Part shown: piece by piece, positions 47,568 to 55,360 of the stretch | How positions within the stretch are numbered: the stretch's first letter is position 1 | How the letters are laid out: the number at the start of each line of letters is the position of its first letter | IMG/VR virus record: IMGVR_UViG_3300005326_000040 | Location: 274,056 to 338,055 of that record | Reading direction: 5' to 3' (one strand) | Source of the DNA: a virus | Taxonomy: Duplodnaviria > Caudoviricetes | DNA length: 64,000 bases | The notes under the pieces: model-generated | Database searches by the model: none | What the model was told of the DNA's origin: nothing | Seen by the model: the letters and a program-made list of their open reading frames with translations, nothing else | Program-made: the position numbers and the translations under genes

Positions 47568-48851
47568 ATGACACGCAGAAAAAATTATGAAGATCTAGCT
47601 CGGTTTGATAACAGCGAAGTTATGCGCGAATTTGTAAAGATCGCTTACGACAGCGGCTTAGCCCAACTCAAAGATTCTGACGTTCCATCTTATTCTGTCA
47701 AAGATGGACGTAACGGTTCTGATTCCGTTAAAGATATTGCTGAGAAATATTCTGATAAAGCAACTCTCGACCAAGACAAAGACGGCGAAGAGTTGATCGA
47801 AAAGGCTCATAAAGAAAAAGCTGAAGCCATCAATTCTTATCTCAAAGACGGCGGGCGTGTAGAAGACCTAAACGAACAACACAAAATTATGGTTGATGTT
47901 GCTACCAAAGGCCCTTCTATTAATGACTTCTATCACAGAAACATCTCAGCTATCAAAAACGTTTTAGATGAACTTGTTGTTATCGGGCATGAAATGGATG
48001 CAAGAGAAGAAGATGATATCGTCGTTTTTGCCGATGAAATTATCGCTGGAATTACAGCGACGGGCGAAGCTGTTGATGAAGACCTAAAAAAAAAGTTAAA
48101 TAAAATCGCTCTAAACGCTCAGCCTGTAGAGGGTCTTCTTTCTAAATTCTTCAAGTTTGTAAAATATAGTGTTCCTGCAATTGGTGTTGGAGTAGCAGCT
48201 TACTTTACTCTTTCTCATATGAGCAAGGGAAAGTCAGCAAATGTTCTTACGACTTCTGAAGGAAACGTAGGCACAATTGACCGATTTATCAATTCTGCAA
48301 CTATATATATTTCAGAAAACACTAATAAACTTGACCCGGCAGAACTGAAAGATATGAATCGTCTAGTTAACACAATGAAACTTTTTCGTAGCGAATACAA
48401 CAAAACGTCACGGCAATTTTTTGAAGTAAGACGTTCTATTATAAATGCTATTGATTATTCTGGAACATTTGATTCTAAAAATCTTGATAAACTATATTCT
48501 GATTTGCAGCAGGCTGACGCTGGGTTCAATAAAGTTGTTGAGTCTTTCAAAACTCAACTTGACGCCAATGCTCAACAATTAAACCTTTCCAAAGATGTAG
48601 CCAGCAATAGATTCATTAGTTCTGATCAGGAATATTCTAGAACAACTGATGCAAAGAAAGTTTTGGACGCTACATTTGAAGCTATGTATTCTACTGAAGA
48701 ACAAGTGCTAGCCGAAGCTTACGCTGATGTTATTAACTCGATAAAAGCCGAAGCAAAGAACCGCACTAGTATTATGAGTTATCTTCAAGCGCAAATTGAT
48801 GCTTATAAACAACGTTTAGCCTCTGAAAACACTGAGAAGCCAAAGGAATAA
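47568..48851 (+). CDS. Putative ejection/internal protein with TM helix
   Basis: Carries all three shared modules, then LNKIA followed by GLLSKFFKFVKYSVPAIGVGVAAYFTL. Confidence 0.55.
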   Translation: MTRRKNYEDLARFDNSEVMREFVKIAYDSGLAQLKDSDVPSYSVKDGRNGSDSVKDIAEKYSDKATLDQDKDGEELIEKAHKEKAEAINSYLKDGGRVEDLNEQHKIMVDVATKGPSINDFYHRNISAIKNVLDELVVIGHEMDAREEDDIVVFADEIIAGITATGEAVDEDLKKKLNKIALNAQPVEGLLSKFFKFVKYSVPAIGVGVAAYFTLSHMSKGKSANVLTTSEGNVGTIDRFINSATIYISENTNKLDPAELKDMNRLVNTMKLFRSEYNKTSRQFFEVRRSIINAIDYSGTFDSKNLDKLYSDLQQADAGFNKVVESFKTQLDANAQQLNLSKDVASNRFISSDQEYSRTTDAKKVLDATFEAMYSTEEQVLAEAYADVINSIKAEAKNRTSIMSYLQAQIDAYKQRLASENTEKPKE

Positions 48852-49375
48852 TGGCTGAAAATAAAGACAACCACCTGCTGTTTAAACAAATACAGCTTTT
48901 CCTACAAGCCTCCGGCGTAGCTAATTATACAGGCAGTATGGATGGGAAATATGACCCTTCCATGAACTCTGCACTGGAACGTGTCGAAAATCACATCAAA
49001 TCTGTTAGCAAAGATTATGCAGAACCTCCTGTAAGAGTTTCTGAAAATGGAAGTGTGTCTGGTGATCTTAAGAAACTTGTTGAAACTCTTCTTAAAACAA
49101 AACGAAATCCATTGTACGAAGTTTTCAAAAACGCTCCCGGATGGAACGAAGAAATCAAAGACGATGAAACTCTGAAGAAAGCAATTTCTCAAACAAGAGA
49201 TTTGCTTGTTTCTTCTTTGCCGCAAAACAAAGATGTTGGAATGGCTTTCGATAAAGCTGTTGCTAACAAAGATGTAAAGGATCTTCAGAATGCTATAACG
49301 TTACTAAGACGTTTACTGCAAGAAAAGAAGAAGATTTCTAAAGCAGCCTCTCTCATTCTCTCATTATCAAAATAG
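48851..49375 (+). CDS. Small protein with peptidoglycan-binding-like motif
   Basis: QIQLFLQASG...YTGSMDGKYDPSMNSAL. Confidence 0.45.
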   Translation: MAENKDNHLLFKQIQLFLQASGVANYTGSMDGKYDPSMNSALERVENHIKSVSKDYAEPPVRVSENGSVSGDLKKLVETLLKTKRNPLYEVFKNAPGWNEEIKDDETLKKAISQTRDLLVSSLPQNKDVGMAFDKAVANKDVKDLQNAITLLRRLLQEKKKISKAASLILSLSK

Positions 49376-49572
49376 CTTAAATTATAGCGGTTCAAAGAAT
49401 TCTTATTCTTTGGCGTATCGATCTGTCTATTTTTTAGTCAGTATATGTCAATCTTTTTGCATTATGATTGTTAGGAATATCTTCATAGATATTCACAATG
49501 TAAAGACCCAGATTAAAGTCCACGGTTCAGGAGAATGTGAACCAATTTTAGATTTGAATTTCAGGAGAAAAA

Positions 49573-50232
49573 ATGGCTCTTAAACCACTACAAGCAGGAA
49601 AAGAACCCCTCGGTCAGTTTGACGGACTTGATACTGAGTACCTCACCCTCAAGGGTGGCGAATGCGGTACTTTCGGAATCATCTCTCTACCTCGTACCGA
49701 CAAGGCAGTTTATGATGCAAAAGATGGCTATACCAGCTATCTAACCAGCGGTAACGTTGTTATCACTAAGACTCTAGCTTCCGGCGCACGCCCCATCATG
49801 CTTCTAGATGAAGGCACTCTCGGTTATGGCACGACTTTCGGCGTTGCCATCGGTGGAGTTGGCGGTCAGGTAGTTGTGAATCCAAGCGACCCAGCACAGG
49901 TTGGCGGTCTCGTTCTTGGACCTCACACTGCTTGGGGTTCGGGCAAGGTAACTTGCTGGGACAAACCCGGTCTATACGCCGTAACTTTGGATGCAGTTGC
50001 TGCTGATCTAGCTCCAACAACCGCACTCAACCCAGGCGCAGCAATCTACGCAACCAGCGCTGGTCTATTGACCTCCGTTGCTGCTAGCTCGTTCGCCGGT
50101 TCAGGTCAGTATCCAGTAGCTCGCTTCGTCGAATTCTCGACTAAGGGCTCGCTTGTAACCACACCTAGCTATCTAGCTGGTGGCAATAAGGTTTACACCC
50201 AGGTAGTAATTCACTTCAATCCTGGTGAGTAA
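49573..50232 (+). CDS. Capsid decoration/cement protein
   Basis: Gly/Ala/Thr-rich beta protein immediately upstream of the MCP, strongly codon-biased; GSGKVTCW and IYATSAGLLT. Confidence 0.65.
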   Translation: MALKPLQAGKEPLGQFDGLDTEYLTLKGGECGTFGIISLPRTDKAVYDAKDGYTSYLTSGNVVITKTLASGARPIMLLDEGTLGYGTTFGVAIGGVGGQVVVNPSDPAQVGGLVLGPHTAWGSGKVTCWDKPGLYAVTLDAVAADLAPTTALNPGAAIYATSAGLLTSVAASSFAGSGQYPVARFVEFSTKGSLVTTPSYLAGGNKVYTQVVIHFNPGE

Positions 50233-50250
50233 TTGTAACTAGTAGACTGT

Positions 50251-50277
50251 GCGAAAGGAGTTTGTAAGTCCTTTTGC
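50251..50277 (+). other. Intergenic RNA hairpin between decoration and MCP genes
   Basis: GCGAAAGGA/TCCTTTTGC 9-bp stem with one GU pair, 9-nt loop. Confidence 0.4.
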
Positions 50278-50314
50278 TTATGGACAAATTGATTTAGTGT
50301 AGGAGAAAAAACAG

Positions 50315-51328
50315 ATGAATATGTTTAACAACAATGGACAGCTCAACGCCTCTTCTTTGAAAGATGCGTTTGGTACTATTATGAAGTATGCTTCTCTTCT
50401 CGAAGAGAATATGCCTTCAAACGCTGCACTTGTTGGTCAGAACGCTATGAGTGATGTCAAGCGTGACGAACTGATCACCAAGGCAATCATGACACAGGAA
50501 GGTAAGATTGCTCTAGCTCAGGCAATGGCTAACCCCATTCGTATGAACCTAGACTATCAGGGTATCTTCCGTCGCACCCTCGTTGTAGATCCTCTACCCC
50601 AGGGCGTTCAGGCTTCGTATGACCGCGATATCGATGTCGCTGCCGTTATCGTTTCTAGTAACGGTTCGCCTCCCGAGAGCCGCGTATTCGCCGACCGCAT
50701 CACCGTTCCTGAGTTCGAAATCGTTTCGAACCCCACGGTTCGTATTGCTGAGGTTCGTCGTCGTCGGTTCAATATCATCGACCGCGCAGTTCAGAAGGCC
50801 CGTCAGGAAATCATGGCCCAGGAAGATGCCAACGGCTTCGCAGCCCTTGATGCAGCTTCTTCGGTTGAGAATACTGTTCAGGATATCGCTGACCTCGGTC
50901 TACAGAAGCGCGACCTAGTCGAGCTAAAGATTCAGATCGATCGTTGGGACCTGGTTACGACCAAGTTCTTCATGAACATCAATGAGTTCACCGACATCCT
51001 AAATTGGGGTTCGGGCGGCGGTCAGGCTGCTGGTATCGGCGGCGAATTCGACCCCGTAACTCAGCGCGAAGTCCTTCAGACTGGTCTCTATGCCAAGATC
51101 TGGGGCGCTGACATCATGGTAAGCAAGATTGTACCCGCTGGTACAGTTTACGCTTGCGCAGATCCAGAGTTCGTAGGCGTTATGCCCGTACGTCAGGATA
51201 TAGAGGTTTTACCGGCCGATGAACCGCGAAGGTTATCGCTAGGCTGGATTATTTCTGAGATTATCGGCATCGGTATCTGCAATCCTCGTGGCGTCGCAGC
51301 TGGTCGCAAGACAACAAGCAACGGCTAA
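50315..51328 (+). CDS. Major capsid protein (HK97 fold)
   Basis: 337 aa; LDYQGIFRRTLVVDPLPQG, VPEFEIVSNP, QKARQEIMAQED, IWGADIMVS; strongest codon bias; followed by a terminator. Confidence 0.88.
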   Translation: MNMFNNNGQLNASSLKDAFGTIMKYASLLEENMPSNAALVGQNAMSDVKRDELITKAIMTQEGKIALAQAMANPIRMNLDYQGIFRRTLVVDPLPQGVQASYDRDIDVAAVIVSSNGSPPESRVFADRITVPEFEIVSNPTVRIAEVRRRRFNIIDRAVQKARQEIMAQEDANGFAALDAASSVENTVQDIADLGLQKRDLVELKIQIDRWDLVTTKFFMNINEFTDILNWGSGGGQAAGIGGEFDPVTQREVLQTGLYAKIWGADIMVSKIVPAGTVYACADPEFVGVMPVRQDIEVLPADEPRRLSLGWIISEIIGIGICNPRGVAAGRKTTSNG

Positions 51329-51365
51329 CATACACACTAGTATAAACTAGTAACAATATAAAATC

Positions 51366-51399
51366 AAAAGCCTTCACTAGTTGAAGGCTTTTGTGTTTT
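51366..51399 (+). terminator. Rho-independent terminator
   Basis: AAAAGCCTTCA-ctagt-TGAAGGCTTTT perfect 11-bp stem with GTGTTTT tail. Confidence 0.85.
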
Positions 51400-51531
51400 A
51401 ATAGTTCACCGAACGCAAATATCAAACCTACATCCATCCCAAAGTCAAACGTTAGCTAAAATTATCTGTTTTGTCATCTCAAGGACGACTGTGGGTTGAT
51501 ATATAGATCTGTTGTAACGAGATCAATATAG

Positions 51532-52470
51532 GTGAATGAAATGAGAAAACATACGGATGAAGAGCTTTTAGAAGAGCTTAAGAGAGTCAGAGATTTACTT
51601 GGTCGAGCACCAAAACAAGCAGAGTTAGCACAATATAGTCAGTACTCTGCAAATTCATACAAACGTGCTTTTGGTGGAATTTCCAAGGCTTTAATAAGAA
51701 TTGGAGAAAAACCAAATATCAAGCTTGATTATTCTTTATTTGACATTCATGAAGAAATTAGAAAAGTTTATACTAAAATAGGCCGAATTCCAACGGTTGA
51801 AGATTTCAATACTCATTCTAAAACGTCGTATGGAGCTTTTAGAAAAGCAGCTAAAGGTAAAACTTGGTTCAAATTAATGATTGAAGCCGGTTTACCATTA
51901 GACGAAATTTCAAATACTAATAAAAGACTTATTACCAATGAAGATTTAAAGAATGAAGTTTTGCGTCTAAAAGAAAAATTAGGTCGATATCCAACATATT
52001 ATGAAATGTTGCGTGATGGTTTATTTAGCTGTTATTCTTATTCTGAGCGTTTTGGATCTTATGTAAAAGCTATGCACGCATTAGGTTTTACTGATTATGT
52101 TAATCAAAGCATTTACCATAATCAAAATCATATCATGGGGCAAGATGGAATAATGTATAAGTCTGCCTTTGAAGCAAACATAGCAGACAACCTTTATGGC
52201 AGGCTACAGAACAAACAAATTAAAGCATACCAATATGAAAAGAAAGTTTGTCCAGAAAGAACTTGGACGTGTGATTTTTTTGTTGAAACACTTTCTGGAA
52301 AAGAACTTTGGATTGAAGCCGACGGTATGGCTCACAATAGAAAAGTTCCATACGGTGTCGGTAATGAAAAAATAGACTATTACATTAAACATAACATAAA
52401 GTATTTTGTTATTAAGTACAGAAAAAGGCATACTTCAGTACAATTAGATGAAATTCTCAAGAGCGCATAG
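51532..52470 (+). mobile_element. Free-standing homing endonuclease-like gene (3 helical repeats + PD-(D/E)XK domain)
   Basis: Repeats TDEELLEELKRV..LGRAP, IHEEIRKV..IGRIP and TNEDLKNEV..LGRYP; C-terminal CDFFVE..WIEADG; AT-rich codon style. Confidence 0.7.
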
Positions 52471-52492
52471 TTAGTTTGCTATATATTACCAT

Positions 52493-53620
52493 ATGGCAAG
52501 TCTACAACATTACTATTTAGATGCAAACGCACATGTTCCTCTAAGGCTATCACTTAAATCAAAAGAAAAAATCAAAGAACATTTTGATGATTTGAAAACA
52601 TCTTTATGTTCTCATGGTCATCCATTATCTCCTAGTAGGATGGGGCAAGCTGCTTCTATTTTGATAGAGGAAGCTCGTGCTGGGATATCAAAATTGTTAG
52701 GGATAGAGAATCCAACTTCATTATATTTCACACATTCTTGCACCGAATCCAACCAATGGGCTATACAATTATTAAATAGTGTATGTTTTGACTATTATCA
52801 TTATGACGTAGCTATTTCTCCTTTTGAGCATCCTAGTATGGAGAAAGCTGTTCATAACATACTCAACGAAGCTGTTCTAAGAACAATAAAAGTCAAAGAA
52901 GATACTGGTTGGCCTGTACTCAATTTTAACACCAATCATATTGTGCATATAGGTGTACAGAGCGAGATAGGTGTTATTGCAGACATTGAGGGCTTGAGGG
53001 GGATTTGCGACGGACTACTTATCAGTGATATTTCTCAAGCTGTAGGAAAGATGGAAGTTGACTTAAATAAAAGCCAAGTTGATATTGCAACTTTTGGGGC
53101 GCATAAATTTGGAGGAGCTAGCGGGGTAGGATTCATGTATGTAAAAAATCCTGAACACTGGCATCCGTTCAATGATTATGGTGTATCATACTCTTGTGAT
53201 GTTCCTGGTACGCCAAATGTTGTTGGAATTTACACGTCATATTTAGCTTTAAGTGATGCTATGGAAAGTTTAGAGCAACGCGATAAGAATTGTAAAGATT
53301 TCCGGCGCATATTAGAAAATGGATTAGAAGCTTTAGGGTTTGATATTATCTGCAAGAAAAGCGATTACAGATCGCCGAACACAACATTTGCGAGAGCGCC
53401 AAAGAAGAAAGGCGCGTTACTTGTATCTAAGTTATCGGAGATGGGGATTCATATTGGGTTAGGTTCAGCTTGTGGTTCTTTTGTTGTGCAGGATTCTCAT
53501 GTGATGAAAGGCTTAGGGATTAATGAGTCTAACACACATTTTATACGGATAAGTCAATATGGAGATTATGACGGCAGCGATGCCGATTATGTACTAAACC
53601 AGATAGAGAAAGTGTTATAA
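52493..53620 (+). CDS. iscS: Cysteine desulfurase (IscS/NifS family, divergent)
   Basis: YLDANAHVP, CTESN, EHPS, DISQAVGK, GAHKFGG (PLP Lys), GTPNV, GSACGS (catalytic Cys). Confidence 0.85.
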   Translation: MASLQHYYLDANAHVPLRLSLKSKEKIKEHFDDLKTSLCSHGHPLSPSRMGQAASILIEEARAGISKLLGIENPTSLYFTHSCTESNQWAIQLLNSVCFDYYHYDVAISPFEHPSMEKAVHNILNEAVLRTIKVKEDTGWPVLNFNTNHIVHIGVQSEIGVIADIEGLRGICDGLLISDISQAVGKMEVDLNKSQVDIATFGAHKFGGASGVGFMYVKNPEHWHPFNDYGVSYSCDVPGTPNVVGIYTSYLALSDAMESLEQRDKNCKDFRRILENGLEALGFDIICKKSDYRSPNTTFARAPKKKGALLVSKLSEMGIHIGLGSACGSFVVQDSHVMKGLGINESNTHFIRISQYGDYDGSDADYVLNQIEKVL

Positions 53621-53629
53621 GGAGAGCAT

Positions 53630-53944
53630 ATGTCCTTTGAGTTAAAGACAAAAAAGAAGATACCTAGTGAGCACGAAACCAAGACGAATATTTTGAGCAT
53701 CGCTCATAACATTGGTTGTTATGAGGAGGCTAATAGAATTTATGCCTATCACGAAAGGGCGTTTGAGAAGAATGGAGGCTTGATGGCTTCGTCTCAAACG
53801 AAGCAACAGATAGCAGAAAGTCTTATAATGTCGCTTGCAAAGCTAAATGAAAATTTAGTGACATGGTTATTGAATGAAGATGGAGAGATAGTAGTAGGCG
53901 GCGTTCCTATTCTGAAATTTGAGTTGAATGACGAGAACTTATAA
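53630..53944 (+). CDS. Hypothetical protein
   Basis: 104 aa with AAGGAG SD. Confidence 0.6.
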   Translation: MSFELKTKKKIPSEHETKTNILSIAHNIGCYEEANRIYAYHERAFEKNGGLMASSQTKQQIAESLIMSLAKLNENLVTWLLNEDGEIVVGGVPILKFELNDENL

Positions 53945-54000
53945 TAGCCTACCATTTTTTCATCATAATGATTAAGGAAAGGCAAAGAAATAAAGGAAAT

Positions 54001-54261
54001 ATGTCAGAAGAAAGTAAAAAGACGTTTACGGGAGTAGTAGATTGGTTTGATCCAGATAAGAGCTTTGGCTTTATCACGCGAGATGATGGCAAGACAGATA
54101 TTTTTTGTCACTACAGCGATATCGTGATGGAAGGTTATAAAGTTGTTATGTCGGGTGATAAGGTTCAGTTTGAAGAGGACTTTTCCTTCAATGGGAAACT
54201 CAAGGCGGGAAATGTTGTAGTAACTGAGCGAAAGAAGACCGCAAAGACAGTATCGAAGTAG
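54001..54261 (+). CDS. csp: Cold-shock domain protein
   Basis: TGVVDWFDPDKSFGFI (RNP1) and DIFCHYSDI (RNP2); SD-supported start at 54001. Confidence 0.9.
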   Translation: MSEESKKTFTGVVDWFDPDKSFGFITRDDGKTDIFCHYSDIVMEGYKVVMSGDKVQFEEDFSFNGKLKAGNVVVTERKKTAKTVSK

Positions 54262-54268
54262 AGGTAAA

Positions 54269-54724
54269 ATGAAAAGGACTACCGATTTAGGATATCATTG
54301 CTGGGTAACGAATTTTACCAAGCGTGATATTTTAATCGGAGATCTTGGGGTAAGAATTCCCGCGAAGGGAACGGTTGATTTATTGGATCCCAGGCATTCG
54401 TATTTGAGTCTAGAGAGAGTAACATACTCTTTGGAGAAAGGCTCATTAGCGAGGAGAATGGACCCAAAGATTCAACCGAAACAAATTGGTGTCAGGCATG
54501 GCCCACCCCAAGTTTTACCAAAACGAGTGATTAGCAAATCAGAAGTTTCTTTTCCAAACAAAGATCGGTCTTTGGTAAAGATAGAAGAAAAATCTTTTCC
54601 AGAGCTTGAGCTTGATGCGATGGATGAGGAGAACTTTGCGGAAGAGATGGCTGAATCTGCACTAATGGATCATGCGCCAACTATGAGCCTCCTGAAATCA
54701 GAAGTACAGAAAGACAAACCATAA
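54269..54724 (+). CDS. Hypothetical protein
   Basis: 151 aa with GAGG SD. Confidence 0.6.
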   Translation: MKRTTDLGYHCWVTNFTKRDILIGDLGVRIPAKGTVDLLDPRHSYLSLERVTYSLEKGSLARRMDPKIQPKQIGVRHGPPQVLPKRVISKSEVSFPNKDRSLVKIEEKSFPELELDAMDEENFAEEMAESALMDHAPTMSLLKSEVQKDKP

Positions 54725-54736
54725 TAAGAGGCCGAC

Positions 54737-54913
54737 ATGTTGAAGACAACAGCAACAATTGACATGCCTGATATCGAAGTTGAGTATGAAATAATTGGAT
54801 CGTTAAATATAAGAGATGAAGTTTACAAGAAGTATGAAGAACTTTCTGATCGAGTGAACGAGATAATTAAGAAGAGTAAGCTGCGGAGCGATAGTAAAGA
54901 AAAATAAGACTAA
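54737..54913 (+). CDS. Small hypothetical protein (58 aa, not in ORF track)
   Basis: MLKTTATIDMPDIEVEYE...KEKID* with GAGG SD. Confidence 0.5.
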
Positions 54914-54967
54914 GGAGAAAGCTAGCAGTTATCTAACGAATTATTCCCCAAAGGGAGGGTAGTCCTA

Positions 54968-55360
54968 ATGTCACCCCCAACAGCAACCACAATTTCTTCT
55001 GAGAAACTTGAGAAAGTTCTAGAGGTCAACGCCAAAGCAATCGAAATTAATACGATTGTCAGCACGCAATACGAGCGTATTCTTGAGAAATTCAAGAGTC
55101 ATGCTGACGAGGACAACGATCGTTTTGATGGGCTTGATGAGGTTCTTACTGAATTGAAGAAAAACAATCAAGCTTTGATAGCAAGCGGGGAGGATGTTCG
55201 CCGGGTGAGCGGTGAAGTATTGGCTCAGGTAAAGGCGATTGCAGATGTAGTTAACAAGGTAGAACGCTCGATGTTCAAAATCAGCGTTCTCTTGATTGGT
55301 TCATCCACACTTGTGTCCGCAATTGTTGGGATTATCGCAAAAGTAATCTTCAAAGTGTAA
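54968..55360 (+). CDS. Coiled-coil protein with C-terminal TM helix (holin/XhlA-like candidate)
   Basis: Coiled coil then ISVLLIGSSTLVSAIVGIIAKVIF; adjacent to hydrolase genes. Confidence 0.4.
   Translation: MSPPTATTISSEKLEKVLEVNAKAIEINTIVSTQYERILEKFKSHADEDNDRFDGLDEVLTELKKNNQALIASGEDVRRVSGEVLAQVKAIADVVNKVERSMFKISVLLIGSSTLVSAIVGIIAKVIFKV

Noticed and set aside
38013-51531. tRNA or riboswitch in the longer intergenic gaps (38013-38207, 49376-49572, 51329-51531)
   Set aside because: Only terminators and small hairpins were found; no cloverleaf, T-loop GTTC signature with acceptor stem, or known aptamer core.
50315-53620. Encapsulin nanocompartment with cysteine desulfurase cargo (HK97 shell gene near iscS)
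   Set aside because: The shell gene sits with terminase, portal, protease and decoration genes and is separated from iscS by a terminator and an endonuclease. IscS has no long targeting extension. It is a phage capsid.
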